Assembly: GCA_031259085.1 (NCBI GenBank)
Contig: JAIRMA010000041.1
Span: forward strand, 1,116-65,115
Source of the DNA: Christensenellaceae bacterium
GTDB lineage: Bacteria; Bacillota; Clostridia; Christensenellales; DTU072
Length of the DNA: 64,000 bases
Reading direction: 5' to 3'
Part shown: positions 19,096 through 27,776 of the stretch, one piece after another
How positions within the stretch are numbered: position 1 is the stretch's first letter
Layout of the letters: each line of letters opens with the position of its first letter
The notes under the pieces: model-generated
The model's database searches: none
What the model saw: the letters and a program-made list of their open reading frames with translations, nothing else
What the model was told of the DNA's origin: nothing
Made by a program: the position numbers and the translations under genes

Positions 19096-19551
19096 GTGCA
19101 AATGGATAATAAAGATGAATTTAGAACTATTTTAGACAAATTCGCTAAAACTATTGATGAACTCAATCAATTCAAAACACAAGCGGCTGAGGTTCTCGGT
19201 TCTATAGATATCATTGATGACACTGTAACACGTATGCTGTTATTTGGTAAGCGAATTCAGAGAACACTGACTGAGCACAAAAATTCGCAAGACGAATTAA
19301 AAAACACCCTAAACTCTTTCGCGGAATCTCAAATTGCAAATACGGAGTTAGAAATCAGGATCGAACCTGCTTTATCATCACTTACTAGTAGTTATGATAC
19401 GATCCTTACTAGATTAAATCAGTTAGAGAGTTCTGTTATAAAAATGCAAAGTGTTATAGAGCTACAAACTAAAGTCAATATTGAAATGATAACTACTATG
19501 CGTGAAAATTCAGAGCTAGTTCTATCTTTAAAGAGATATCTTGCAACATAA
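19096..19551 (+). CDS. small coiled-coil protein, operonic with the helicase
   Basis: 151 aa, starting 13 nt after the helicase stop behind GAGGTAGG. Heptad-like, Q/E/L/T-rich, all-helical-looking sequence with no TM segment and no recognisable motif. Confidence 0.6.
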   Translation: MQMDNKDEFRTILDKFAKTIDELNQFKTQAAEVLGSIDIIDDTVTRMLLFGKRIQRTLTEHKNSQDELKNTLNSFAESQIANTELEIRIEPALSSLTSSYDTILTRLNQLESSVIKMQSVIELQTKVNIEMITTMRENSELVLSLKRYLAT

Positions 19552-19873
19552 ATAATTGGTTTATTTAAAAATTAAAGATCTTGTTTCATTTAGGCTTAAG
19601 AAGTAGTAATAAATTTGTTATCCTTAATTTAATCGATATGTTCTATATTGTTTTTAAGAATTGTCAAGCTTTCTTATTATTGATTATGAAATTGTCTCTC
19701 ATCACATTTTATGATTTCAGCACTCTCTAGAACAATACATGAGTTGATAAATTTGCACATTACTCATTGCTTTTTTACAATTTTATAGTACTAACTTTAC
19801 CCTAATTCCAATCGATTTTTCCTTATAAAATCTAACCACAGGGGCTGTTTCCCCTCCTATTTTGGCATAAGTC

Positions 19874-19903
19874 TTGACAAAACCCCTGCGCGCGTGTTAT
19901 ATT
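19874..19903 (+). promoter_or_regulatory. sigma-70-type promoter with TG-extended -10, upstream of the giant surface-protein gene
   Basis: TTGACA at 19874-19879, then an unusually GC-rich spacer (AAACCCCTGCGCGCGTG), then TGtTATATT. Confidence 0.45.
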
Positions 19904-20108
19904 ATATAACTAATGTAAACTAAAAGAAATAGAGATTTGCTACACGCGTGTCCCTGTTTTTTGACTCAGCAAAACTAGCTTCCAAATTTTGAGATTTTAG
20001 CGCTGTGCTTTATTCGAATTTTAATCTATATTTACAACATTAAAATTCGTTGGGCACTATTTTTGAGATTGCTTTTTAAGCTGTCAGTTGCAATAAGGAA
20101 GAGTTACA

Positions 20109-23100
20109 ATGAAATTTATAAAAGTCCTTACATTGATTATCTTAATAGCGTTGTTTGCACTGATGTTAATTTCTTGTGCAGAGGAAAACGATCCTGGATC
20201 TCAGATTTACTATATTTCTTTTGATACCAATGGTGGAGAGGGCACTTTCCATCGCGTCCCTACTCTCGGCAATGCAACATTTTCTATGCCTGCTCTCGCC
20301 CCTAAACGAGATGGTTATGTTTTTGACGGATGGTTTTTTGATCTTGATCGGTGGGAACGTCAATTAACAGCAACTTCTCTACTGCTCGACCCAATTTATG
20401 CTAATTGCACTGTTTATGCAAAATGGACTTTTAACACGCCTTCTGAGCCAATTGTCGTAGATCCAACACCTCCGACATTGAATTTTGAGCTTCAATTAAT
20501 ATCAGACGGACATCAAAATGTGGTTCGTCATATTTCAAAAGCTGCAATTGAGGAACAAGACGTAAATATTTTTAGCAAAGAAGGTTATTTGCTAGAAGGA
20601 TGGTATCTCGACTCGAAATTTCAAGGCTCATCAGTTAGCTTCCCTTTCGACAACGGCGGAGTTTCTGGTTCGGTTACTCTGTATGCAAAATGGGAAATAA
20701 TTACATATACTGTATCATACACCATCCCGAATCCTAATGTTACAATTCTACAAAATATACCTGATCAACAACGTTCAATCGGAGAAGTCTTTGTACTCCC
20801 AGATCTTACCACCTCACAAGCATATTATGTAAATTATGTGTTTTCTGGCTGGATTACTAGCTCTAATGATACTGTATTAAAGGCTGGCTCTCAATATGTT
20901 TTTACAGAAGTACCTACTGCAAACAGAATTACTTTTATAGCTAGCTGGACTCGAACTTACACTGCCTCTTTCGCTAAAAAACCGGAAGATAATGTACTTG
21001 GAAATCTTCCTTCAAGTATTTCGAGAACAGCAGGCTCAGAATACTCTCTCCCAGTAATTGATCAAATTAATTTCTCATACACAAGCCATCGTTTTATTGG
21101 TTGGTATGATGGAGTAAGTTTATATAAACCAACTACTGCTAATCCAGTTACTCTTACAATGGACACGAATAACATCGTCTATTATGCTACGTGGGAGCCT
21201 TTATTTGGTGTACAATACCTATTAGCAACTGGATTATCAGGATCTATCCCTGATGCAACATATGCTGCAGGAGAATCTTTTATTCTACCTTCTGCCACAA
21301 ATTTGGCTCTACCTGGTTATGAATTTATTTGTTGGCAATATAATGAAACTAACTATTTTGGTTTGCAATCATTTGTTATGCCTGCCTATAGCCTGATTTT
21401 TACTGCATATGTAAAAGAAAAGGATACATATACAGTCAAGTTTGATGCTAACAACGGCACGGGGGATACACCAACAGTTTCAAACAAAATTGAAAATGAG
21501 TCATTCATAATTCCAGACAACCCATCGACTTTTACTCGCACCTATTATGCCTTTGACCATTGGTCATATTCAATAGGTCAGGAAACATACATCGTATATA
21601 CAGGTGGCACTGTAGTTATGCCTGCCGAAAATTTAACTCTTGTTGCAGTTTGGCGTGCGCTTGATTATGTTGTGACCTATGATTATGGAACTACTCCAAC
21701 TTTATATTCACCAATTGTTAACAATAACCCAACAACATATAATGCAGATCTGACTCAAGACATATCTATTGAAAAAATAGCATGTGAGGGTTATCTTTTT
21801 GCTGGATGGTACGAAGACTCCGCCCGAACAAAACTAATCGATGATCCTTCACTAGACGTCACCACCCCAAAATCTGTTACCTTTTATGCAAAATTTGAAT
21901 TTATAAAATACAAAGTAAACTTAAATGATGGTTTGACGGACAATGGATACTACATTGCAAATTCTGATTTTATTTTAATTGATTCAAAACAAAAGTATTT
22001 CGTTATCAAGTACGGTGATTACATATCTGATATAATAGCATCTATTTCTTTAACTCATCCTTTATATATAATAGCATACTGGGACTTTAATGGATCAGTT
22101 TATGCCCCAACAACGCGTTGGGCAAACGATGGAGACATAAGTTTAACTGCAGTTTGGACCGAACCTGGGAGTGAGGGACTTGCTTTCTTAGTTAATTCAG
22201 ACGGCAAAAGCATGAGAGTTAAGGCCTATAATGGCAGTGAATCTAAAGTCGTTATACCCTCATACTACAATAGCTTGCCTGTTACCACGATCGATATTAA
22301 TGCGTTTAAAGATAACACAATAGTGACTGAACTAGTGATCCCTTCTACAATAAAAGAGATATCATCTAGCGCCTTTGAAAACAGTGTGATTAGCGAATTA
22401 ACATTAGGAGATGGAATAGAAGTAATTGCCCCTGATGCTTTTAAAAATGCGCTAAGTCTAAAGCGGGTTTATGCTAGTACCAATACTAAAATTTCTACTA
22501 TCGGGAGCAACGCTTTTTATGGTTGTACTAGTTTAGAATATGTTTTCCTCCCAGCTTCTGTCCTGACAATTGGACAAAATGCCTTTGCAAACACATCTGA
22601 AAAATTGAGAATTTACATGTCAGGTATGGGAACTCAATCTGGCTTTGCCAGTGATTGGGCTGACCTTGATAATGTTGTTTGGAACGTGCGTTTGGACACT
22701 TCAAATTTAGTATATACTTTTAGCAACAAGACTGTTGTTATAGTGGGTTACATTGGCGACTCAACTGAGGTAATAATACCTAAAAAAATTCAAAGTCTTG
22801 ACGTTTCAGGGATTTTCTCTTATGCGTTTGCAAATAATCAATCATTAAAGTCAGTGACCGTTAATTCCCAAGTATCAGTTGACTCTTATGCATTTGAGAA
22901 TTGTCTCTCTCTATATGCAGTGATTTTTAATTCTGCGCCGACCAGTATAGACAAAACCGCTTTTTATAATTCAATAAATACCGTAGTATATGTAATTGGA
23001 AATTATATAGGAGAAAATCCTCACAATTTCTTTTATAATGGAATCGCTAGTTTATCTGATATCGTCATTGTTCAAGATGTGTATCTGTTATCTCTTAATT

Positions 23101-26100
23101 CATCATGTTATTTGACGAAATATTTAGGTGATGCTACGGACTTTCATACCAATGATAGCGCATTAACTTCCTATCAGATAGCATATATTGGAGATGGGTC
23201 ATTTGCTGGATCACAAATTACAAATCTTTATTTGTATCAAGATATAAATATAGGAGCAAATTTATTTTACGGAACTAAAAATAATGTGGTATTGAATTTA
23301 ATGACCACTGTCGACTTTGAGAAATGGAATTCAAAATGGAATATAACAAAAAATAGTGCAACGGTCACAATTAATTTTCCAACTGGCGGCACTTGGACAT
23401 ATTCTAATGATGGATCCTTAGCTTTAGAATATTATGAAAAAGATAATCAGATTTATATAACAAACTATTATGGAACAAATCACGATTTCTCAATTTCATC
23501 AGAACTAATTTCGAACAAGACAATTAAGGGTATCGTTGGCACATTTAATAGCAAAAATCTTGAATATATCTTTATAGATGCAGGAATATCAATTATTGAC
23601 TCATTCATGAGTAATCCCGAATTAGTCGTTGTAGCAAGTACTCCTGCACAAGGCAGCTACTTCAGTAGCATTGGTGTTAACTACTATCAATCATCCGTAC
23701 AACCAACACGCACTATCCTTGACAATGTCAATTATTATACTTATACTAATGGTACTACTTCCTTAGTAAGAGCAGTTACTAGTTCTACTACAATTACCGT
23801 TCCTACAAATTTGGGCATTAATAATGTTTCAGATTTTGCATTTAACACATCAACACTAATGAGAATAACCTTTTTACCAGAACACCCCGTACAAATTAAA
23901 ACAAAAGCCTTCTCTAGCAATCCTGGTCTCATTATCTACTATTCAAATGATCTCAATTTCACTGATAATGTACATCCAAACGCATATATCCAGAGCACTT
24001 TAAATGTATCTGATAATTCTTACTATTACACTGATTCTAATAATGATGTTGTTTTAGTGGATTTTACAGGCTCTGGTATTGTGTCATTGCCAAATAATAT
24101 TACAATAATAAAAAGTGGAACGTTCACAAGAGGTCAATCGATTAGCAATATTACGGTGCCCTGGACAGTTCATACATTCCCTCAGAGTGCAGTAAACTCA
24201 AATGTCCCAATATATGTTTATTCGACAAGCAACCCAGGATGGGAAATTTCTAATCCATTATATAAAAAAGAAGATTTAAGTTACTCATCTACCACAGAAT
24301 TTACTTATTTTGTCGAAAATTCCAAGGCTTATATCGTTGGTGCATCCTCTAATAACATTAATAATAAGAATGGGATTCTGACTATCCCAACAACGTTTAG
24401 CGGAAACACCGTGGCTGGAATATTAGATCCATTTGCATTAAATGCAAACGGTCTAGTTAAATTTTTATATGTGACACCTGCAAGTGGCTATTTCATTGGC
24501 TTGTTGAATTCCTTATCCCCTGATGCCGTTGTGATATTTGCAGGGCCTAACCAAAATTATTCTTTGTATGACTCAAATCCATCTACAACTAATTTGTTTT
24601 TTGGATTAACTTTAAAAACAGACCAGCCGGATGATGATGGCAATACATTAACAGGCTATTATGATAACAGCAATAACCTGATTGTACTCTCTTCATTGAC
24701 TGTTAACGCTGATTCATATAAATATGTTTTGCCATCCACTCTGAAGTTTATTTTACAGAACGCCTTGTCAAACACAAAAATAAATATACTTGTTGTCCCA
24801 TCAGGATGCAAAATTTCTGCAGGCTCTTTTGACAATGCCTATGTGGGAATGCGTATAATTATCGAGGATGATTTAGACCTAGATTATTCACAAATTTTCC
24901 CAGGCCGTATTATTTATGACAACACCAAAAATTCTGAAATCTTAGTATTTAATAATTTTATATATATAGTGAATCAGAATTCTATTATCATAATTGGTAT
25001 CTCTACTCAAAATTTATCTGACGTTGTCTATATCCCATTATCCATGCCTTTATCAACAAATTTATCTGGACTATATGTTCCATTGACTGCAATAGATAAT
25101 TATGCGTTCGATGCTTTTGATGGAGATAATGATGTAACGGTAATTTCTATTCCCTCAACAATAACAAATATTTATGCAAACTCTTTTGCAAGTGTTAGTG
25201 ATGTAGAATTGCAACTACAAGGAAATGTCTCATCTGATTGGGAGTCAAATTGGAATAATAATCTAGCGTATAAAACTTATTATGGTATAGAAAAAGATAA
25301 TTTCAAATTCTATGTTTCAAATCAACAAGCCTACATCACTTCATATATCACAACTATTCCTATGAGTGTTACAATTCCAGTTTCATTCGATGTTGATGGT
25401 AATACTTATTCTGTTGTTTCATTAGGAAGTGCATTTGCAGGATCAAAGACTCTTGAAACTTTAATTATAAATGCACAAATTACAGAGTTTGCAGATGCTA
25501 TAAAAGGTTGTACTTCTTTAACAACTATAGTCCTACCTGACAGTGTAACTAGAATACCTGATTATGCATTTGCTAATTTATCCGCATTGACATCTGTCAC
25601 AATCACTTATAATGGTCAATCTATCAGCATAGGCAATTATGCTTTTGCTAATCTCGTAAAATTGGAAACCTTAAGTTTGCCAGATATTTCTGCTCTTGGT
25701 ATTTATGTCTTTAGCGGGTGTAAGGCACTCACATCTTTCACAAGTTACCTCCCAAATGGTATAATAACGGACGGTTTGTTTTCTGAATGTATTAATTTGG
25801 AATTTAATTTGTATGGTTATGTTGAAATTGGGGCTTATGCGTTCTATAAAAACCAAAAATTTGAATCTATAGATATCCCAAATACTATAACATCCATAGG
25901 CGCTTATGCGTTTGCCAATATCCCTACATTGCTATCTGTAAATTTTTCAACAAATTCCTATTTATCGAGTCTGCCTTCTGGCATTTTTTCTGACTCTTTA
26001 GCACTTAGGGAGGTCGTCCTTCATGAAAATATAACAAAAATAGATTCTGCTGCATTTAAGAACTCTGTCAATTTGTCAAATATTACTCCCTTTAACCAAG

Positions 26101-27716
26101 TCACTATTATTGGTGATAGTGCTTTTGATGGATGCACCTCGTTGACCCTTTTAAATATTTCCGATGACCTAACATATATCGGGGCAAGAGCGTTCTTTGG
26201 TGTATATTACATGGGGGATGTTAAATTAAATTCAGCCGAATCAATTGGAGTAGCTGCGTTTGCTTATGCAGGCGTCAATAGTTTCATAATTATTAGTAGC
26301 CCCTATTACTCCGTAGATAATGGCGTTTTATATTCAAATAATACATTAATTCAATATCCAGTACTCAAGAGTTCTACTGCTTTGTTAGAATTATCTGATC
26401 TATCAGCTATTTCGCCTTATGCCTTTGCTGGAGCTAATTCTCTGTCAAGAGTTAATATCTCTAATGTCCCTTCAATAGGCGAATATGCTTTTACAACTGG
26501 CAATAGTTTGACTATTTATGCTTCTTATACTAGCAAACCATCAGGTTGGAGTGATACATGGGCTGACGCATATGTAACTTGGCTTAGCACTCAATCAATC
26601 TATTTTGATAACGGTTTTTCTTATCAATTAAATCCTGATAATACTCTTTCACTAATAAATTTCAGTGGGGATAATAAAATAACTATTCCTACTAGTTTTG
26701 ACGCAAAACTTATAACCTCAATCGGTGATAACGCATTTGCTAACAAAAACATGACTTGGATTAAAATAGAATCAACAATAACTTTTATTGCAAGTACAGC
26801 TTTTAATAACAATCCAAATTTAACTGTCTGGTATGCTGGGGATCCTGCTTATTTAACCTACGAAAAAGTATCGTCACATGAATTTTATACAGGTGCTAAT
26901 ACACTTACCCATAATGAAATCACAAGTATCGATGATGGTTATACATATTACTATTACAAGACGCCTTCTAATCAAGTTGTTTTAGTTAAATTATTAACAT
27001 CTGAGCTGTATTTAAATCTAAATGGTGTTATTGCCTCTGAATTGCATTTGTACCCATTTGTGTTTGCAGGAAGTTCTCTTCTTGCTATTTCCCTTCCAAA
27101 TGTTGTAGGAATCGCAAGCACGGCTTTCTCTGGAATATCACATTTGGTTGTGACAACTGCTAGCACTAAGAGTAGTGGATGGGAAACAGGATATGATAGC
27201 AATGCTACAATTCATCAAAATACTACGCCTACTATGGAATCAGATTATCTGCAATATGAGGATGCTGAAAATTTATATATAATAAGATATTTAGGCAATG
27301 ACAATTCTATTATTATACAAAACACGCAAACCGAAAAAAAGAAAATTATAGCGCCGTTTGCTTTTGCTAATATTTCTAGTATTAATGAAATAACAATTGT
27401 TGATTTTGACATCTCTGAGTATGCATTCTCTAATATGTCAAGACTTTATGCTTTCAAATTAATAACATCCTCACATGTAAATATTGGTAGTTATGCTTTT
27501 GCTAATTCATCTCTTTTACATACGTTTGTTATTTATGACACTAATAATAACTTGTCATTCAAGAATGCAACTGTACAGGATAATATATTTAGTGATTGTA
27601 TCTCATTAGTATCAATAACCACAGAGCATAACGGCACTGTCGATTGGTCTAAATTCTGGAATCGAATTAAAATGCAAACTTCATCTATGCCTGTACAAGT
27701 TTTGGTTAAAACTTGA
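20109..27716 (+). CDS. giant surface lipoprotein: Listeria-Bacteroides (Flg_new-type) repeats followed by many BspA-type leucine-rich repeats
   Basis: 2535 aa. The signal peptide has the lipobox LISC. The N-terminal third has repeated F(D/A)xNGG...GYxFxGW units. The remainder has repeated IPxxVxxIgxxAFxxCxxLxxIxl units (LRR_5/BspA-like). Confidence 0.85.
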   Translation: MKFIKVLTLIILIALFALMLISCAEENDPGSQIYYISFDTNGGEGTFHRVPTLGNATFSMPALAPKRDGYVFDGWFFDLDRWERQLTATSLLLDPIYANCTVYAKWTFNTPSEPIVVDPTPPTLNFELQLISDGHQNVVRHISKAAIEEQDVNIFSKEGYLLEGWYLDSKFQGSSVSFPFDNGGVSGSVTLYAKWEIITYTVSYTIPNPNVTILQNIPDQQRSIGEVFVLPDLTTSQAYYVNYVFSGWITSSNDTVLKAGSQYVFTEVPTANRITFIASWTRTYTASFAKKPEDNVLGNLPSSISRTAGSEYSLPVIDQINFSYTSHRFIGWYDGVSLYKPTTANPVTLTMDTNNIVYYATWEPLFGVQYLLATGLSGSIPDATYAAGESFILPSATNLALPGYEFICWQYNETNYFGLQSFVMPAYSLIFTAYVKEKDTYTVKFDANNGTGDTPTVSNKIENESFIIPDNPSTFTRTYYAFDHWSYSIGQETYIVYTGGTVVMPAENLTLVAVWRALDYVVTYDYGTTPTLYSPIVNNNPTTYNADLTQDISIEKIACEGYLFAGWYEDSARTKLIDDPSLDVTTPKSVTFYAKFEFIKYKVNLNDGLTDNGYYIANSDFILIDSKQKYFVIKYGDYISDIIASISLTHPLYIIAYWDFNGSVYAPTTRWANDGDISLTAVWTEPGSEGLAFLVNSDGKSMRVKAYNGSESKVVIPSYYNSLPVTTIDINAFKDNTIVTELVIPSTIKEISSSAFENSVISELTLGDGIEVIAPDAFKNALSLKRVYASTNTKISTIGSNAFYGCTSLEYVFLPASVLTIGQNAFANTSEKLRIYMSGMGTQSGFASDWADLDNVVWNVRLDTSNLVYTFSNKTVVIVGYIGDSTEVIIPKKIQSLDVSGIFSYAFANNQSLKSVTVNSQVSVDSYAFENCLSLYAVIFNSAPTSIDKTAFYNSINTVVYVIGNYIGENPHNFFYNGIASLSDIVIVQDVYLLSLNSSCYLTKYLGDATDFHTNDSALTSYQIAYIGDGSFAGSQITNLYLYQDINIGANLFYGTKNNVVLNLMTTVDFEKWNSKWNITKNSATVTINFPTGGTWTYSNDGSLALEYYEKDNQIYITNYYGTNHDFSISSELISNKTIKGIVGTFNSKNLEYIFIDAGISIIDSFMSNPELVVVASTPAQGSYFSSIGVNYYQSSVQPTRTILDNVNYYTYTNGTTSLVRAVTSSTTITVPTNLGINNVSDFAFNTSTLMRITFLPEHPVQIKTKAFSSNPGLIIYYSNDLNFTDNVHPNAYIQSTLNVSDNSYYYTDSNNDVVLVDFTGSGIVSLPNNITIIKSGTFTRGQSISNITVPWTVHTFPQSAVNSNVPIYVYSTSNPGWEISNPLYKKEDLSYSSTTEFTYFVENSKAYIVGASSNNINNKNGILTIPTTFSGNTVAGILDPFALNANGLVKFLYVTPASGYFIGLLNSLSPDAVVIFAGPNQNYSLYDSNPSTTNLFFGLTLKTDQPDDDGNTLTGYYDNSNNLIVLSSLTVNADSYKYVLPSTLKFILQNALSNTKINILVVPSGCKISAGSFDNAYVGMRIIIEDDLDLDYSQIFPGRIIYDNTKNSEILVFNNFIYIVNQNSIIIIGISTQNLSDVVYIPLSMPLSTNLSGLYVPLTAIDNYAFDAFDGDNDVTVISIPSTITNIYANSFASVSDVELQLQGNVSSDWESNWNNNLAYKTYYGIEKDNFKFYVSNQQAYITSYITTIPMSVTIPVSFDVDGNTYSVVSLGSAFAGSKTLETLIINAQITEFADAIKGCTSLTTIVLPDSVTRIPDYAFANLSALTSVTITYNGQSISIGNYAFANLVKLETLSLPDISALGIYVFSGCKALTSFTSYLPNGIITDGLFSECINLEFNLYGYVEIGAYAFYKNQKFESIDIPNTITSIGAYAFANIPTLLSVNFSTNSYLSSLPSGIFSDSLALREVVLHENITKIDSAAFKNSVNLSNITPFNQVTIIGDSAFDGCTSLTLLNISDDLTYIGARAFFGVYYMGDVKLNSAESIGVAAFAYAGVNSFIIISSPYYSVDNGVLYSNNTLIQYPVLKSSTALLELSDLSAISPYAFAGANSLSRVNISNVPSIGEYAFTTGNSLTIYASYTSKPSGWSDTWADAYVTWLSTQSIYFDNGFSYQLNPDNTLSLINFSGDNKITIPTSFDAKLITSIGDNAFANKNMTWIKIESTITFIASTAFNNNPNLTVWYAGDPAYLTYEKVSSHEFYTGANTLTHNEITSIDDGYTYYYYKTPSNQVVLVKLLTSELYLNLNGVIASELHLYPFVFAGSSLLAISLPNVVGIASTAFSGISHLVVTTASTKSSGWETGYDSNATIHQNTTPTMESDYLQYEDAENLYIIRYLGNDNSIIIQNTQTEKKKIIAPFAFANISSINEITIVDFDISEYAFSNMSRLYAFKLITSSHVNIGSYAFANSSLLHTFVIYDTNNNLSFKNATVQDNIFSDCISLVSITTEHNGTVDWSKFWNRIKMQTSSMPVQVLVKT

Positions 27717-27776
27717 CTTTTATACCTAACTAGATTATAGGAGAAAAGGTTAAATAGCAACCGTATTGCTACACCT

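Noticed and set aside
20109-27716. Periodic repetition inside the giant gene, considered as tandem DNA repeats or a CRISPR-like array
   Set aside because: The periodicity is at the protein level (LRR and Flg_new units of diverged sequence) within one continuous ORF. These are not identical DNA repeats with spacers.
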